Shown here: positions 19,695-29,462 of the stretch, in pieces
Position numbering within the stretch: the stretch's first letter is position 1
How the letters are laid out: every line of letters starts with the position of its first letter
From: Fibrobacteria bacterium
GTDB taxonomy: Bacteria; Fibrobacterota; Chitinivibrionia; Chitinivibrionales; FEN-1185
Length of the DNA: 64,000 nt
Assembly (NCBI GenBank): GCA_037447435.1
Contig: JBBIGR010000001.1
Span: 1-64,000, forward strand
Reading direction: 5' to 3'
Made by a program: the position numbers and the translations under genes
The notes under the pieces: model-generated
What the model was told of the DNA's origin: nothing
Seen by the model: the letters and a program-made list of their open reading frames with translations, nothing else
Database searches by the model: none

Positions 19695-20930
19695 CTAGGT
19701 GTGATACTCGGCGTTTATCTTTATATAATCATACGTCAAATCGCAGGTGTGGGCCACAGCGCAATCGTTTCCCATTCCAAGATCGGCGTCGATGTGCACG
19801 ACCGCGTTTTTCATGAGTTTGCTGAGTTTGGGCGCGTTAAATTCTACAGGGCGCATGGCCTTGAAAACCTCGGTACCACATAAACGCAGCGTTATTTTCT
19901 CTTTGGAAAATTTTGCGCCGGAATAGCCGATCGCACACAAAATCCTTCCCCAATTCGGATCATTACCGAACAATGCGGTTTTGACCAAATTAGAATTCGC
20001 AATAGCTTTGGCGGCCTTTTTCGCATCTGAAAAGGATGCCGCCTTGCACACCTTGATTTCAACCCTCTTTGTGGCACCTTCGCCGTCTTCCGCTATTTTT
20101 TGGCATAACACTTCGCACACGGTATACAGCGCTTCTTCAAAAGCGCTCAATGCATCACCCCGATCGGCCGAAACGCCCGATTCGCCGTTTGCCAACACAA
20201 GGACCATGTCGTTCGTCGAGGTGTCGCCGTCGACCGTAAGGTTGTTGAATGTTTTATCCACGATTTTCTTGACCAACGCGTTTAATCTTTGAGGCTGTAT
20301 TTTCGCATCCGTCGTAATAAACGCCAGCATGGTCGCCATATTCGGATGTATCATACCGGAACCTTTGGTGCACCCGCCAATGGAAAAAGTGCCGCCTTTT
20401 ACGGCAATCGAAAAGGAGCATTCCTTTTTTTTCGTATCCGTGGTCATGATTGCGCCGGCAAAATCCGATCCTTGATTTTTTGTACGCTTTTTTGCATTTG
20501 CCACAAGACCGGGAATGCTTCTTCCAATTTTATCCATCGGAAGAAAATGACCGATCACGCCGGTTTGGGCAATGAGTACTGCTTCTTTTTTTGCATCGAG
20601 CAATACGGCGACGTCCGAAGCGATCTTTTGGGTGTCTGCGACTCCTTGCTTCCCCGTGCAGGCGTTGGCGTTACCGCTGTTGCAAAAAACAGCCCTAACC
20701 GAATTGGACGGTAAAACGCTATTACACCAATCCACCGATGATGCCCGAACCGCATTGGTAGTAAATGTGCCTGCCGCACTGCACGGCGAGTTGCTTACGA
20801 TCAAACCGCAATCCGGCTTTTTGGAAACCTTTATTCCTGCCGTAATGGATCCAGCGCTAAAGCCTCTTGCAGAGGTGACGCCACCCTTTTTTTCACTGAT
20901 CTTCCAGGTTTTGCTTTTTTTTGCAGCCAT
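19695..20930 (-). CDS. argJ: Bifunctional ornithine acetyltransferase/N-acetylglutamate synthase
   Basis: NSGNANACTG, AIMTTDT, KGSGMIHPNMATML, DGDTSTND, DGEGATK, NWGR. Confidence 0.95.
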   Translation of the reverse strand: MAAKKSKTWKISEKKGGVTSARGFSAGSITAGIKVSKKPDCGLIVSNSPCSAAGTFTTNAVRASSVDWCNSVLPSNSVRAVFCNSGNANACTGKQGVADTQKIASDVAVLLDAKKEAVLIAQTGVIGHFLPMDKIGRSIPGLVANAKKRTKNQGSDFAGAIMTTDTKKKECSFSIAVKGGTFSIGGCTKGSGMIHPNMATMLAFITTDAKIQPQRLNALVKKIVDKTFNNLTVDGDTSTNDMVLVLANGESGVSADRGDALSAFEEALYTVCEVLCQKIAEDGEGATKRVEIKVCKAASFSDAKKAAKAIANSNLVKTALFGNDPNWGRILCAIGYSGAKFSKEKITLRLCGTEVFKAMRPVEFNAPKLSKLMKNAVVHIDADLGMGNDCAVAHTCDLTYDYIKINAEYHT

Positions 20931-21091
20931 GAATTTTCCCTTTTTGGTGTTAGTAATGCACGCTGTTTTTTTTAACGCTTGAGACGTCGTAAACCGTTTA
21001 TTGACTGATGTAGAGCATAAAATATATTATGATAGTGGTTCCGGATTTATCGGACGAGCTTTTTCCCAGGTCTTTGTAAAAGGACTAACTC

Positions 21092-22237
21092 CTGACCTAT
21101 AAAAGATTTTTGTTTATTGCCCCCTTTTTCATTTTTCTGTCTTTTGCTTTTGGACAGACAGACGAGCGGGAATATATTATCCGTAAAGGCGATACGCTTT
21201 GGGACTTGGCGTTTTCATTTTTAGGAGACCCGTTTGCATGGCCGCAAATTTGGCATCAAAACCAATACATTAAAGACCCTAATCTCATTTTTCCCGGCGA
21301 TACATTGGTCATTTCAAAAAGTTTTACGGCTCCATCGGCAAACGGCTTGGGTAATTCCAATGGAAACCCTTCTTATTCGCAGACGGAAAACGGTAATCAA
21401 TCTTTTTTTTCTGAAACAAAAAAAACCATCGAATCTTCAGGGTTCACGTCGGTCGCGCAAAAAAAATCGCTTGTTTCCGACAGTTTGGAACGGATTTCGG
21501 ATTCGCTTTTTACCCTTGCCATGCGGCAACAACGATTTTTCACCTCCGAGTTTCTTGAAAAACTCGGGTTTTTATGGTTTGACAAAGATGAAAAAGGCCT
21601 AGTTTATCCGGGAAACGCAGTCATCGGTGCGACGAAACCTTCTCCCGGATTAAATCGCTACGAAACCGAAACCCATCAACAGTTTTCCGACATCGAGATT
21701 ACTCTGTTCCCCTCGGCCGCCTATAAAATCGGCGACACGGTCAGTATTTTTCATGCCGACGAAATTATTACATTCGGTACCGCAACCGCGTCGCTTGTAC
21801 GCAGAGTCGGACGCGCTATCATAACAAAAGTTTCCGACCGCGGCGCGACGGCGTTGCTGTATAAAATCTGGGATGTCGTGCAAGACGGCGACCGCATCGA
21901 CGCCTTGTTTCATCATTCCGATATGACAATTGACACCATTATTTCCCCGCCCGTGGCGGTAACCGGAACGGTTTTTAAGCGTGTTGAAAATACCGAAAGG
22001 CCGTATTTATACCATTCGTTCATTCTTGATAGAGGGTCCAAAGACGGCGTTGCCTTCGGCGATATTTTCGCGGTTCTTTCGCAGGATAAAGCGTCCTTGG
22101 GGAAGATCAAAGCAATTGCCTGCGCCTTGAACCTCGACAAAACTTCCAGCACATTGGTCATAGAAAAATTGTATAGCAACGATATCAATGCCGGGGACAC
22201 CGCTGTTTTGCTCAAACACATTGCATTCAAGAAATAA
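21092..22237 (+). CDS. LysM peptidoglycan-binding protein (probable CTG start)
   Basis: YIIRKGDTLWDLA...WPQIW..N..IKDPNLIFPG. AAAGGA lies 7 nt before an in-frame CTG at 21092, which gives a complete signal peptide; the alternative start is TTG 21110. Confidence 0.85.
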   Translation: MTYKRFLFIAPFFIFLSFAFGQTDEREYIIRKGDTLWDLAFSFLGDPFAWPQIWHQNQYIKDPNLIFPGDTLVISKSFTAPSANGLGNSNGNPSYSQTENGNQSFFSETKKTIESSGFTSVAQKKSLVSDSLERISDSLFTLAMRQQRFFTSEFLEKLGFLWFDKDEKGLVYPGNAVIGATKPSPGLNRYETETHQQFSDIEITLFPSAAYKIGDTVSIFHADEIITFGTATASLVRRVGRAIITKVSDRGATALLYKIWDVVQDGDRIDALFHHSDMTIDTIISPPVAVTGTVFKRVENTERPYLYHSFILDRGSKDGVAFGDIFAVLSQDKASLGKIKAIACALNLDKTSSTLVIEKLYSNDINAGDTAVLLKHIAFKK

Positions 22238-22250
22238 GAGCGCATCGTTT

Positions 22251-22475
22251 ATGTCTAAATTTTTTCTTCATCTTGGCCGGCTGTTGATTTTTAATAAACG
22301 CCATCAAAGCGTGCGCAGAAGCGTCATCTTTATATTAACCAATTTTCTTCTCATCGCCGGCATCATTTTTTCACTTGAAATAATATTAATTTTTTTGGGT
22401 GTGGGGAATATTTTTATTCCGATGACCCACATTACTCATTCCATTTGGGAATTCCTTACCAAACTTGTTTACTAA
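22251..22475 (+). CDS. Small hypothetical membrane protein
   Basis: 74 aa with one long hydrophobic stretch, directly after the LysM gene. Confidence 0.5.
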   Translation: MSKFFLHLGRLLIFNKRHQSVRRSVIFILTNFLLIAGIIFSLEIILIFLGVGNIFIPMTHITHSIWEFLTKLVY

Positions 22476-22570
22476 TTGTAATTACGATTTTAATTTTATA
22501 TGAGTTTTTTTTGAAATGCTGAGCTGCATTTGTTTATATTTTCTGCCTACGTATTTATAGGAGTCTCGGT

Positions 22571-23836
22571 ATGAATTCTTTTCGGTCTTCGGTCGGGTAT
22601 CCCAATGTCCTTGGAATTATTATGGCGGGCGGTGAAGGTTCGCGTCTGCATCCGCTCACCAAAGAAAGGGCCAAACCCGCGGTTTATTTCGGAGGAAAAT
22701 ACAGGATCATCGATTTCGTTCTGAATAATTTCATCAACTCCGGCATTTTTAAAATCAAAGTACTCACGCAATTTAAATCCGATTCCCTTATCAAGCACCT
22801 GACGACGGGGTGGAATTTAAACCGTATGCTCGGCCAATACATAGACCCGGTTCCCGCACAAATGCGGACGGGGAAAAATTGGTATATGGGAACTGCCGAT
22901 GCGGTATTTCAGAATTTTAACCTTATTGAAGATGAAAATCCCGATTATATAGCGGTATTCGGCGCCGACCATATTTACAAAATGGATATCTCGCAAATGC
23001 TCGATTTTCACCGGCATGTCGGCGCTGTGGCTACCGTTGCCGCGATCCCCAAGCCGATCGATCAGGCTTCTGCATTCGGGGTCATTGAAATCGATCAGGA
23101 TGGCCGGATGATCGGATTTGAAGAAAAGCCCAAACATCCCAAGGCAATGCCGTCGAACCCCAAAATGGCTTTGGTTTCCATGGGGAATTACATTTTTAAT
23201 CGAAAATTTTTGGTCCGCGAATTATTTAACGACGCAAAACTCTCAGGATCGTCCCATGATTTCGGAAAAGATGTTATTCCAAAAATATTCCATGATTATC
23301 CGATTTACGTATGGGATTTCACCAACAATCGGATCCCCGGCGAATCTGCTGCGCAAAACACCTATTGGAAGGATGTCGGGAATCTGGAAGCATACTTTGA
23401 AGCAAACATGACCCTTCGCGATGTCGTTCCTGAAATCAATTTATACAATGAAGCCTGGCCGATACGCACTGCTCCCGGTCAATCCCCGCCCGCCAAATTT
23501 GTTTTTGCCGGCGAAGGTCCGGATAAGCGGATCGGCGAAACCCTTGATTCGATAATCAGCGGTGGGTGTATAATCAGCGGCGGCAAAGTTATACGATCGG
23601 TTTTATCACGCGGTGTCCGGGTTCATAGTTTTGCTAATGTTGAAAATTCTATTTTATTTCCGGATGTTCAAATCGGTGAAAAGGCGCAAATTCAAAATGC
23701 AATTATTGATCGCGGAGTTCACATTAAGCCCGGTGACAAAATCGGGTTTGACCCTGAAGAAGATAAGAAACGGTTTACCGTTAGCGAAACCGGGATCGTG
23801 GTTATCAGCCAACCGCCAAAAAATCCGTTGCAATAA
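22571..23836 (+). CDS. glgC: Glucose-1-phosphate adenylyltransferase
   Basis: AGGEGSRLHPLTKERAKPAVYFGG, WYMGTADAV, FEEKP, HDFGKD, YWKDVG. Confidence 0.95.
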   Translation: MNSFRSSVGYPNVLGIIMAGGEGSRLHPLTKERAKPAVYFGGKYRIIDFVLNNFINSGIFKIKVLTQFKSDSLIKHLTTGWNLNRMLGQYIDPVPAQMRTGKNWYMGTADAVFQNFNLIEDENPDYIAVFGADHIYKMDISQMLDFHRHVGAVATVAAIPKPIDQASAFGVIEIDQDGRMIGFEEKPKHPKAMPSNPKMALVSMGNYIFNRKFLVRELFNDAKLSGSSHDFGKDVIPKIFHDYPIYVWDFTNNRIPGESAAQNTYWKDVGNLEAYFEANMTLRDVVPEINLYNEAWPIRTAPGQSPPAKFVFAGEGPDKRIGETLDSIISGGCIISGGKVIRSVLSRGVRVHSFANVENSILFPDVQIGEKAQIQNAIIDRGVHIKPGDKIGFDPEEDKKRFTVSETGIVVISQPPKNPLQ

Positions 23837-24030
23837 GATTGCATTAAATTAATTTTATCCCAGCAAATCAGCCCTGCTCACACGTAATGAATGGGGCATG
23901 AAAATTTGGGGGTTCTATATTTTTAGAGCCATTAAATCGCTTAAGTTGATTATTTTAAAAAGAAGATGTATAATTATTTAGAGTACCTTTACCGTGCTGT
24001 CCTGAAGCGGATAAATTTTGGGGTTTATCT

Positions 24031-24864
24031 ATGACCACTAGTTCTGAGGCGCTTTATTTTCGGGACATTAACCGATACAAAGTTCTTTCTGAAGAAGAAG
24101 AACGGATAATAATACGTGCGGTTCAAGAGGATGATAATGAGGCTGTGTCAAAACTCATTACCAGTAATCTGCGATTTGTGGTCAGTGTCGCACGCCGCTA
24201 TCGCGGAAGAGGCCTGAGCTTCCTTGAATTGATCAATGAAGGAAACATGGGGCTTTTAAAAGCCGCCAAACGGTTTAATCTGGAAGCAAAAGTAAAATTC
24301 ATTTCGTATGCTGTTTGGTGGATTCGTCAATCCATTCAAAAAGCCTTGTTCGAACAAACCGGTACCGTGCGAATTCCGCCGAATAAAATCGCTTTACTCG
24401 CAAAATTCAAAAAAGCTTTGGATAAAAACTCCGGCGATTATATGCAGACCATTTCAATGAACGATTTTAAGGAGCACGAACAGGATATTCTCGATGTGAT
24501 GGACAAACTTCGGGGAGTTTCGCTAGATGCTCCTGTTTCGAACCAAAGCCAGGACGGCGACGCAACCAAAACGTTGCAGGACGTCATTGGCGAAGAACCC
24601 AATCAGGATGTCGAAAGCGAACGCAAGGAACTCGGTAAAGTCATCGACAGCGTCTTGCAGAATATTACAAGCAGGGAAGAGCTCATTTTACGCATGTATT
24701 ACGGGTTAAATTTCTCCAAGCAATTTACTTTAGAGGAAATCGGAAAAGAGCTCAAGCTTACTCGCGAACGGGTCCGCCTTATACGCGATCGATCGCTGAG
24801 GAAATTATTCAGAAACCCCGCCTCCCGTGCAAAGCTTACCTCTTTCATCGGCGATTTAAAGTAA
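24031..24864 (+). CDS. RpoD/SigA-family alternative sigma factor lacking region 1.1
   Basis: NLRFVVSVARRY, LINEGNMGL, KFISYAVWWIRQSI, TLEEIG...TRERVR. Confidence 0.9.
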   Translation: MTTSSEALYFRDINRYKVLSEEEERIIIRAVQEDDNEAVSKLITSNLRFVVSVARRYRGRGLSFLELINEGNMGLLKAAKRFNLEAKVKFISYAVWWIRQSIQKALFEQTGTVRIPPNKIALLAKFKKALDKNSGDYMQTISMNDFKEHEQDILDVMDKLRGVSLDAPVSNQSQDGDATKTLQDVIGEEPNQDVESERKELGKVIDSVLQNITSREELILRMYYGLNFSKQFTLEEIGKELKLTRERVRLIRDRSLRKLFRNPASRAKLTSFIGDLK

Positions 24865-24966
24865 TAAAACCGCATCGTTTGTCTGTTTTTTTTACAAACC
24901 GGTCGATTTCCATAAAACCTGCAATCTTTCATTGATAACCCTTTCGGGATTTCTTATATTAGCATC

Positions 24967-25407
24967 ATGTTTACATTTCTTTGGAATCATAAGATAGTTT
25001 CTTTTTTCCTCATCCTCATTGCCGCTTATTTCTTTGTCAACCCAGCAAACAAATTCGGGTATGGCCAGAAAAACTTCGTCATTTTCAACCGTTTGCCTGT
25101 TTCATTTTTCGATTTATGCATTTCCGAAAACAATACCATACAACCCGTTGAAGACATTACGAAAAAAAGCAACCTCGAGGATTTCTTTAACGTTCTGAAC
25201 CAAAAACCGAACGACGAAGCTCTTTTGCTCATTGTCGGTACCGGCTTTCTTTCTCCCGCCTTTCAGTTGGACGATGCTTTGGCCACGTCTTTTGCCGCAA
25301 AAAATATTTCCATTCGCCAATTACCGTCCAAAGAGGCCATGCAATTGTATAACTCTTGTAAAACCGAACATAAAAATGTCGCCTTGATCTTATGCGTTAA
25401 ACATTGA
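24967..25407 (+). CDS. Mth938-like domain protein with N-terminal anchor
   Basis: LLIVGTG and SKEAMQLYN...VALIL pattern; hydrophobic N-terminus. Confidence 0.55.
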   Translation: MFTFLWNHKIVSFFLILIAAYFFVNPANKFGYGQKNFVIFNRLPVSFFDLCISENNTIQPVEDITKKSNLEDFFNVLNQKPNDEALLLIVGTGFLSPAFQLDDALATSFAAKNISIRQLPSKEAMQLYNSCKTEHKNVALILCVKH

Positions 25408-25445
25408 TTTGGTTTAGACCTGGTTTTTCATTTTTTTCTGTCTTT

Positions 25446-25488
25446 TGTGATGCCCGTCACAGCACGTTTCCAATACCCACGTTATATT
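25446..25488 (+). promoter_or_regulatory. CRP/FNR-family box plus -10 element (class II geometry) upstream of tssA
   Basis: TGTGA-tgcccg-TCACA at 25446-25461; TATATT at 25483-25488 (21-nt spacer). Confidence 0.75.
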
Positions 25489-25611
25489 TTTCCGTTTGAC
25501 CCTGGCAGTAATGATTTATGGCCGCTAAAAAGAATTTCTTGCATTAAGGCAACGGCTATATTTTAATTTACTATATATATTGGGTATTGTCTTTTTCATG
25601 GAGGCTTTGGT

Positions 25612-27132
25612 ATTTCCGAACTACTTGATCTGATCGTAAAGCCTATTCCGGGTGAAAACCCAATGGGTTCGAATATCAATTACGACACTGATTTTGACGC
25701 ATGTAAAAATGAAATCGGCAAGCTCGGCGGTATAGATTATGCCCTGGTCGAATCTTCGGGCAAAAAGCTCCTTGCCGAAAAATCCAAAGACATTCGATTG
25801 TTGTGCTTTCTCAGTTTCGTATATCTTCGCGACGAAAAGTGGGAATTTTTCACGGATATATTTGACGGTTTTGTCAAGTTGGCGCAGCAAAATTACGATG
25901 CCATGTTCCCCGATCGCGAGCGTGCAAAACAAAACTCGATCAAATGGCTCTCCGAACAACGATACAACGAAACCGTTGCCGAAAAAAAACCGGCCGAAGC
26001 CGATTACGCCAATGTTTCCCGCTTGCTCGATTCGTTGACAAAGCTAAAAACTATTCTGCAGGAAAAATTTCCCGAAGGCTCGCCGTTTCCGTCCGGACTT
26101 TTTACGGCCGTTCAAAATTGGGAAAAATCATGCAAGCCCAAACCAAAGGTCGAAGCGACGGCAGCTGCTCCCGGCGCAGCAGCAGCCACTTCCAGCGCCG
26201 ACCCTATGGATACGCCAAAACAGGCGCAAACGATCGTTAGAAAAGCCGCCGGGTTTCTCATTGAAAAAGAACCGCAAAGACCCATGGGATTTAGGCTCAT
26301 TCGTATGGTCAGGTGGGATATTTTTGAAAAAGCCCCTCCTGCCGAAAACGGAAAAACCCAGCTCACGGCCCCGCCGCCCGACCTGGCAACGTCATTGAAC
26401 ACACTGATTAACAATAAAGAATTTAAACCCGCTTTGGAAAAAGCGGAAGTTGCGTTTACCGCCGGAGCCAATCATTTGTGGTTCGGCCTGCAGCGTCTTG
26501 CCGCCATGGCATGCGCAGGACTGGGCGAGCCTTATAAATCCGTTGAACAGGCAATTTTATTCGAAACCGGAATGTTCATCAAGCGAATTCCCGAAATAAT
26601 GAATTTGAATTTCTCCGACGGTTCTCCGTTTTGCGACGAAATTACCAAAGAGTGGATTACGAAATCGGTACTGCCGCTTTTAAGCGGGGGCGCGAACGCT
26701 GCGCAGCAAAACGAAACTCGGGAAAACCTTGATAAAGTTGAGGAGGAAAAGAAGCAGGTCGCGGCCCTTATCGCTTCGAATAAAACCGAAGCCGCGCTCG
26801 ACGTATTGCAAAACGCCATTCGAAATTCCTCGAATGAACGGGATAATTTCCGGCGGTCCATAATTATGTGCAACATGCTTTTAGGCGCCAAACAACCCGA
26901 TATCGCCTTGTCGATTCTCGATTCGCTCGATGCGAAAATACAGTTATACCATCTTGACAAATGGGATCCCGATCTCGCTGTTGACGCTTGGAGCATTATG
27001 GTACGCGTGCTGAAGGTGGCGCGCACGAACAAACCGGCACCGCTCCAGGCAAGCATGACTGAAAAACAGAACACGGTTTTGAGCAAAATCAGCCAAATCG
27101 ATCCTAAAAAGGCGTTTTCGCTGAATACATGA
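25612..27132 (+). CDS. tssA: Type VI secretion protein TssA (ImpA_N plus VasJ-like domain); probable ATT start
   Basis: LIVKPIPGENPMGSNINYD..F, LLAEKSKDIRL, MFPDRERA, HLWFGLQR, FSDGSPFCD..TKEWI, LDKWDPDLA. The first in-frame ATG (25663) lies inside the conserved N-terminal motif. Confidence 0.85.
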   Translation: MSELLDLIVKPIPGENPMGSNINYDTDFDACKNEIGKLGGIDYALVESSGKKLLAEKSKDIRLLCFLSFVYLRDEKWEFFTDIFDGFVKLAQQNYDAMFPDRERAKQNSIKWLSEQRYNETVAEKKPAEADYANVSRLLDSLTKLKTILQEKFPEGSPFPSGLFTAVQNWEKSCKPKPKVEATAAAPGAAAATSSADPMDTPKQAQTIVRKAAGFLIEKEPQRPMGFRLIRMVRWDIFEKAPPAENGKTQLTAPPPDLATSLNTLINNKEFKPALEKAEVAFTAGANHLWFGLQRLAAMACAGLGEPYKSVEQAILFETGMFIKRIPEIMNLNFSDGSPFCDEITKEWITKSVLPLLSGGANAAQQNETRENLDKVEEEKKQVAALIASNKTEAALDVLQNAIRNSSNERDNFRRSIIMCNMLLGAKQPDIALSILDSLDAKIQLYHLDKWDPDLAVDAWSIMVRVLKVARTNKPAPLQASMTEKQNTVLSKISQIDPKKAFSLNT

Positions 27133-27268
27133 TGGCGGTAATCGAATAGCGACTATTTCCGGGGTTGCGGCTGGTCCTCCTAAAGAGAAAGCTGCGGTTT
27201 GGAATTTTATTGAACTTTATTGTATCGTATTTATAAAAATTATTCACATTTAAGAAAGGTAGGTCCTT

Positions 27269-27775
27269 ATGGCTGGAAGTTTCCAAAATGAAATACCCCC
27301 TGCCAGAATCAATTTGAAACTTGATGTCGGCAAAGGCAATGCGAAGAAAAAAATCGAACTCCCGCTCAAAACGCTGGTACTCGGCGATTTTTCTTTTAAA
27401 AAGCATGACGACAGGGTGTCGGACCGTGAAAAAATCAGCATCAATAAGGAAAATTTCACGCAGGTCATGGAAAGCATGGATCTTAAGCTGAATTACAACG
27501 TCGATAACAAAATCACGGGCAACGGCGATCTTAATGTCGATTTAAACATCAAGAACATGGATTCGTTCAAGCCTGAAAATGTCGCGAAAAACATTCCCGG
27601 GTTGTCAAAGCTTTTGGCTGCCAGAAATTTGCTCAAGGACCTAAAATCCAATCTTCTTGATAATCGCGAATTCCGCAAGCGGCTTGAAGACATTATTAAA
27701 GACCCCGAAGCCATGAAATCGCTTCATGAAGAACTCAAAAAGGTCGTTCCCGAAGAAAAGAAACCTACGGCTTAA
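27269..27775 (+). CDS. tssB: T6SS contractile sheath small subunit
   Basis: SFQNEIPPARINLKLD...KKIELPLK.LVLGDFS, FKPENVA, LLAARNLLKDLKSNLLDN. Confidence 0.93.
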   Translation: MAGSFQNEIPPARINLKLDVGKGNAKKKIELPLKTLVLGDFSFKKHDDRVSDREKISINKENFTQVMESMDLKLNYNVDNKITGNGDLNVDLNIKNMDSFKPENVAKNIPGLSKLLAARNLLKDLKSNLLDNREFRKRLEDIIKDPEAMKSLHEELKKVVPEEKKPTA

Positions 27776-27822
27776 CGGACAAACGTTAAAAATCGCCACC
27801 ATCATAACGAGGAGAATGCAGT

Positions 27823-29343
27823 ATGGCAGAACAAGAAAAACAGGCCGCGGAACAACAGGCTGCCGATGCCCACGGTCTCGAATACATATATCAAACCATG
27901 AATTTGTCCATTCCGGACAAATCTATAGACATTTCGGAATATAAAAACACCGAAGTCCTTGCCGACAGCAACGCAAACGAGCGTATCAGCGCCGCATTGG
28001 CGGTTTTCGTCGAAAGCGTCGTTGCATCGAGTCAGACAGTGGACAAAATCGACAAAGCGATGCTCGACCATCATATCAGCGAAATCGACAGAAAACTTTC
28101 ATTGCAACTCGATGAAATCCTGCATCACCCCAAGTTTCAGAAAATGGAAGCGGCATGGCGCAGTCTTAAGTTCCTCGTCGACCGTATGGATTTCAAGAAA
28201 AACGTCAAGCTCGATATCCTGGACGTTTCCAAAGACGAACTTGCCGAGGATTTTGAAGATGCGCCGGAAACCATTCAATCCGGACTGTACAAACACGTTT
28301 ACACAGCAGAATACGACACTCCCGGCGGCGAACCCTACGGGTCGGTAGTTTCAAATTATGATTTCGACAGCGGTCCTTCGGACATCAATTTGTTGCAAAA
28401 CGTGTCAAAGGTTTCCGCCGCCTGCCATTGCCCGTTTTTGGCCTCGGCAAGCCCGAAATTCTTCGGCAAGGAAACGATTCAGGACCTTACGAAAATCGAA
28501 GACCTTCACAATTACATGGAACGTTCCGAGTTCCTTAAATGGAATGCTTTCCGTCAAACCGAAGATTCCCGGTATGTCGGCCTTATGCTCCCCCGGTTCA
28601 TGCTGCGGCTCCCGTACGGCGCCGATACGCAACCGGTCAAGGAATTCAATTATACCGAAAGCGTGAGCGGCGAAGACCACGACAAGTACCTCTGGGGAAA
28701 TTCTACATTCGCATTTGCGGCCAACATGGCCCGCTCCTATGTTGAAAACGGATGGTGCGTTCAAATCCGCGGCCCTGAAGCCGGCGGAAAAGTCGAAGAT
28801 TTGCCGCTTCATATTTATGATGTCGGTAAAGGCAAGCAGATGAAAATCCCGACCGAAATTCTGATTCCCGAAACCCGTGAATTCGAATTTGCCCAGGAAG
28901 GTTTCATTCCGTTGTCCTTTTATAAAAACAGGGATTACGCATGTTTCTTTTCTGCAAACTCGACGCAAAAACCGACCGAATACGACGATCCCGTCGTTAC
29001 CGCAAATATGCGCATCAATTCGCGTTTGCCTTATATTTTCCTTGTGTCAAGAATCGCGCATTATCTCAAGGTAATACAACGCGAAAACATCGGGTCGACA
29101 AAGAATAAAGTCGTCTTGCAAAACGAGCTGAACGCATGGATTTCTGGCCTGGTAACGGAAATGAACGATCCCGGTCCCGACCTTATTTCGACGCATCCGT
29201 TAAAGGCTGCGGAAGTTGCCGTCAATGAAATCGAAGACAATCCCGGGTTTTTCAGGGTCAGCTTGTCCGTGATGCCGCATTTCCAGATCGAAGGTATCGA
29301 CATCAACCTTTCGCTGGTTTCCCAAATGCCAAAAGGAAAATAA
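27823..29343 (+). CDS. tssC: T6SS contractile sheath large subunit
   Basis: LDEILHHPKFQKMEAAWR, EYDTPGGEPYG, PRFMLRLPYG, IRGPEAGG, RLPYIF..SRIAHYLKV. Confidence 0.95.
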   Translation: MAEQEKQAAEQQAADAHGLEYIYQTMNLSIPDKSIDISEYKNTEVLADSNANERISAALAVFVESVVASSQTVDKIDKAMLDHHISEIDRKLSLQLDEILHHPKFQKMEAAWRSLKFLVDRMDFKKNVKLDILDVSKDELAEDFEDAPETIQSGLYKHVYTAEYDTPGGEPYGSVVSNYDFDSGPSDINLLQNVSKVSAACHCPFLASASPKFFGKETIQDLTKIEDLHNYMERSEFLKWNAFRQTEDSRYVGLMLPRFMLRLPYGADTQPVKEFNYTESVSGEDHDKYLWGNSTFAFAANMARSYVENGWCVQIRGPEAGGKVEDLPLHIYDVGKGKQMKIPTEILIPETREFEFAQEGFIPLSFYKNRDYACFFSANSTQKPTEYDDPVVTANMRINSRLPYIFLVSRIAHYLKVIQRENIGSTKNKVVLQNELNAWISGLVTEMNDPGPDLISTHPLKAAEVAVNEIEDNPGFFRVSLSVMPHFQIEGIDINLSLVSQMPKGK

Positions 29344-29358
29344 AAAAAATGATGCATT

Positions 29359-29401
29359 TGTGACGTACGTCACAGAATTATGTTCGGCGGGTTTGTATAT
29401 T
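29359..29401 (+). promoter_or_regulatory. CRP/FNR-family box plus -10 element (class II geometry) upstream of hcp
   Basis: Perfect 16-bp palindrome TGTGA-cgtacg-TCACA at 29359-29374; TATATT at 29396-29401 (21-nt spacer). Confidence 0.75.
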
Positions 29402-29462
29402 TTTTACAGAATTAAAAAGAAACGTAACCCGTCAAACTTTACATTTTCGAAAGGAGTCTTGT

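Noticed and set aside
26532..27086. Long antisense or alternate-frame ORFs (also 4616-5188, 6131-6754, 28405-28968, 30993-31553)
   Set aside because: They overlap better-supported genes and show no recognisable motifs; treated as shadow ORFs.
27233..27251. Third CRP box upstream of tssB
   Set aside because: Only the TCACATTT half-site is present; the other half (ATAAA) does not match TGTGA.
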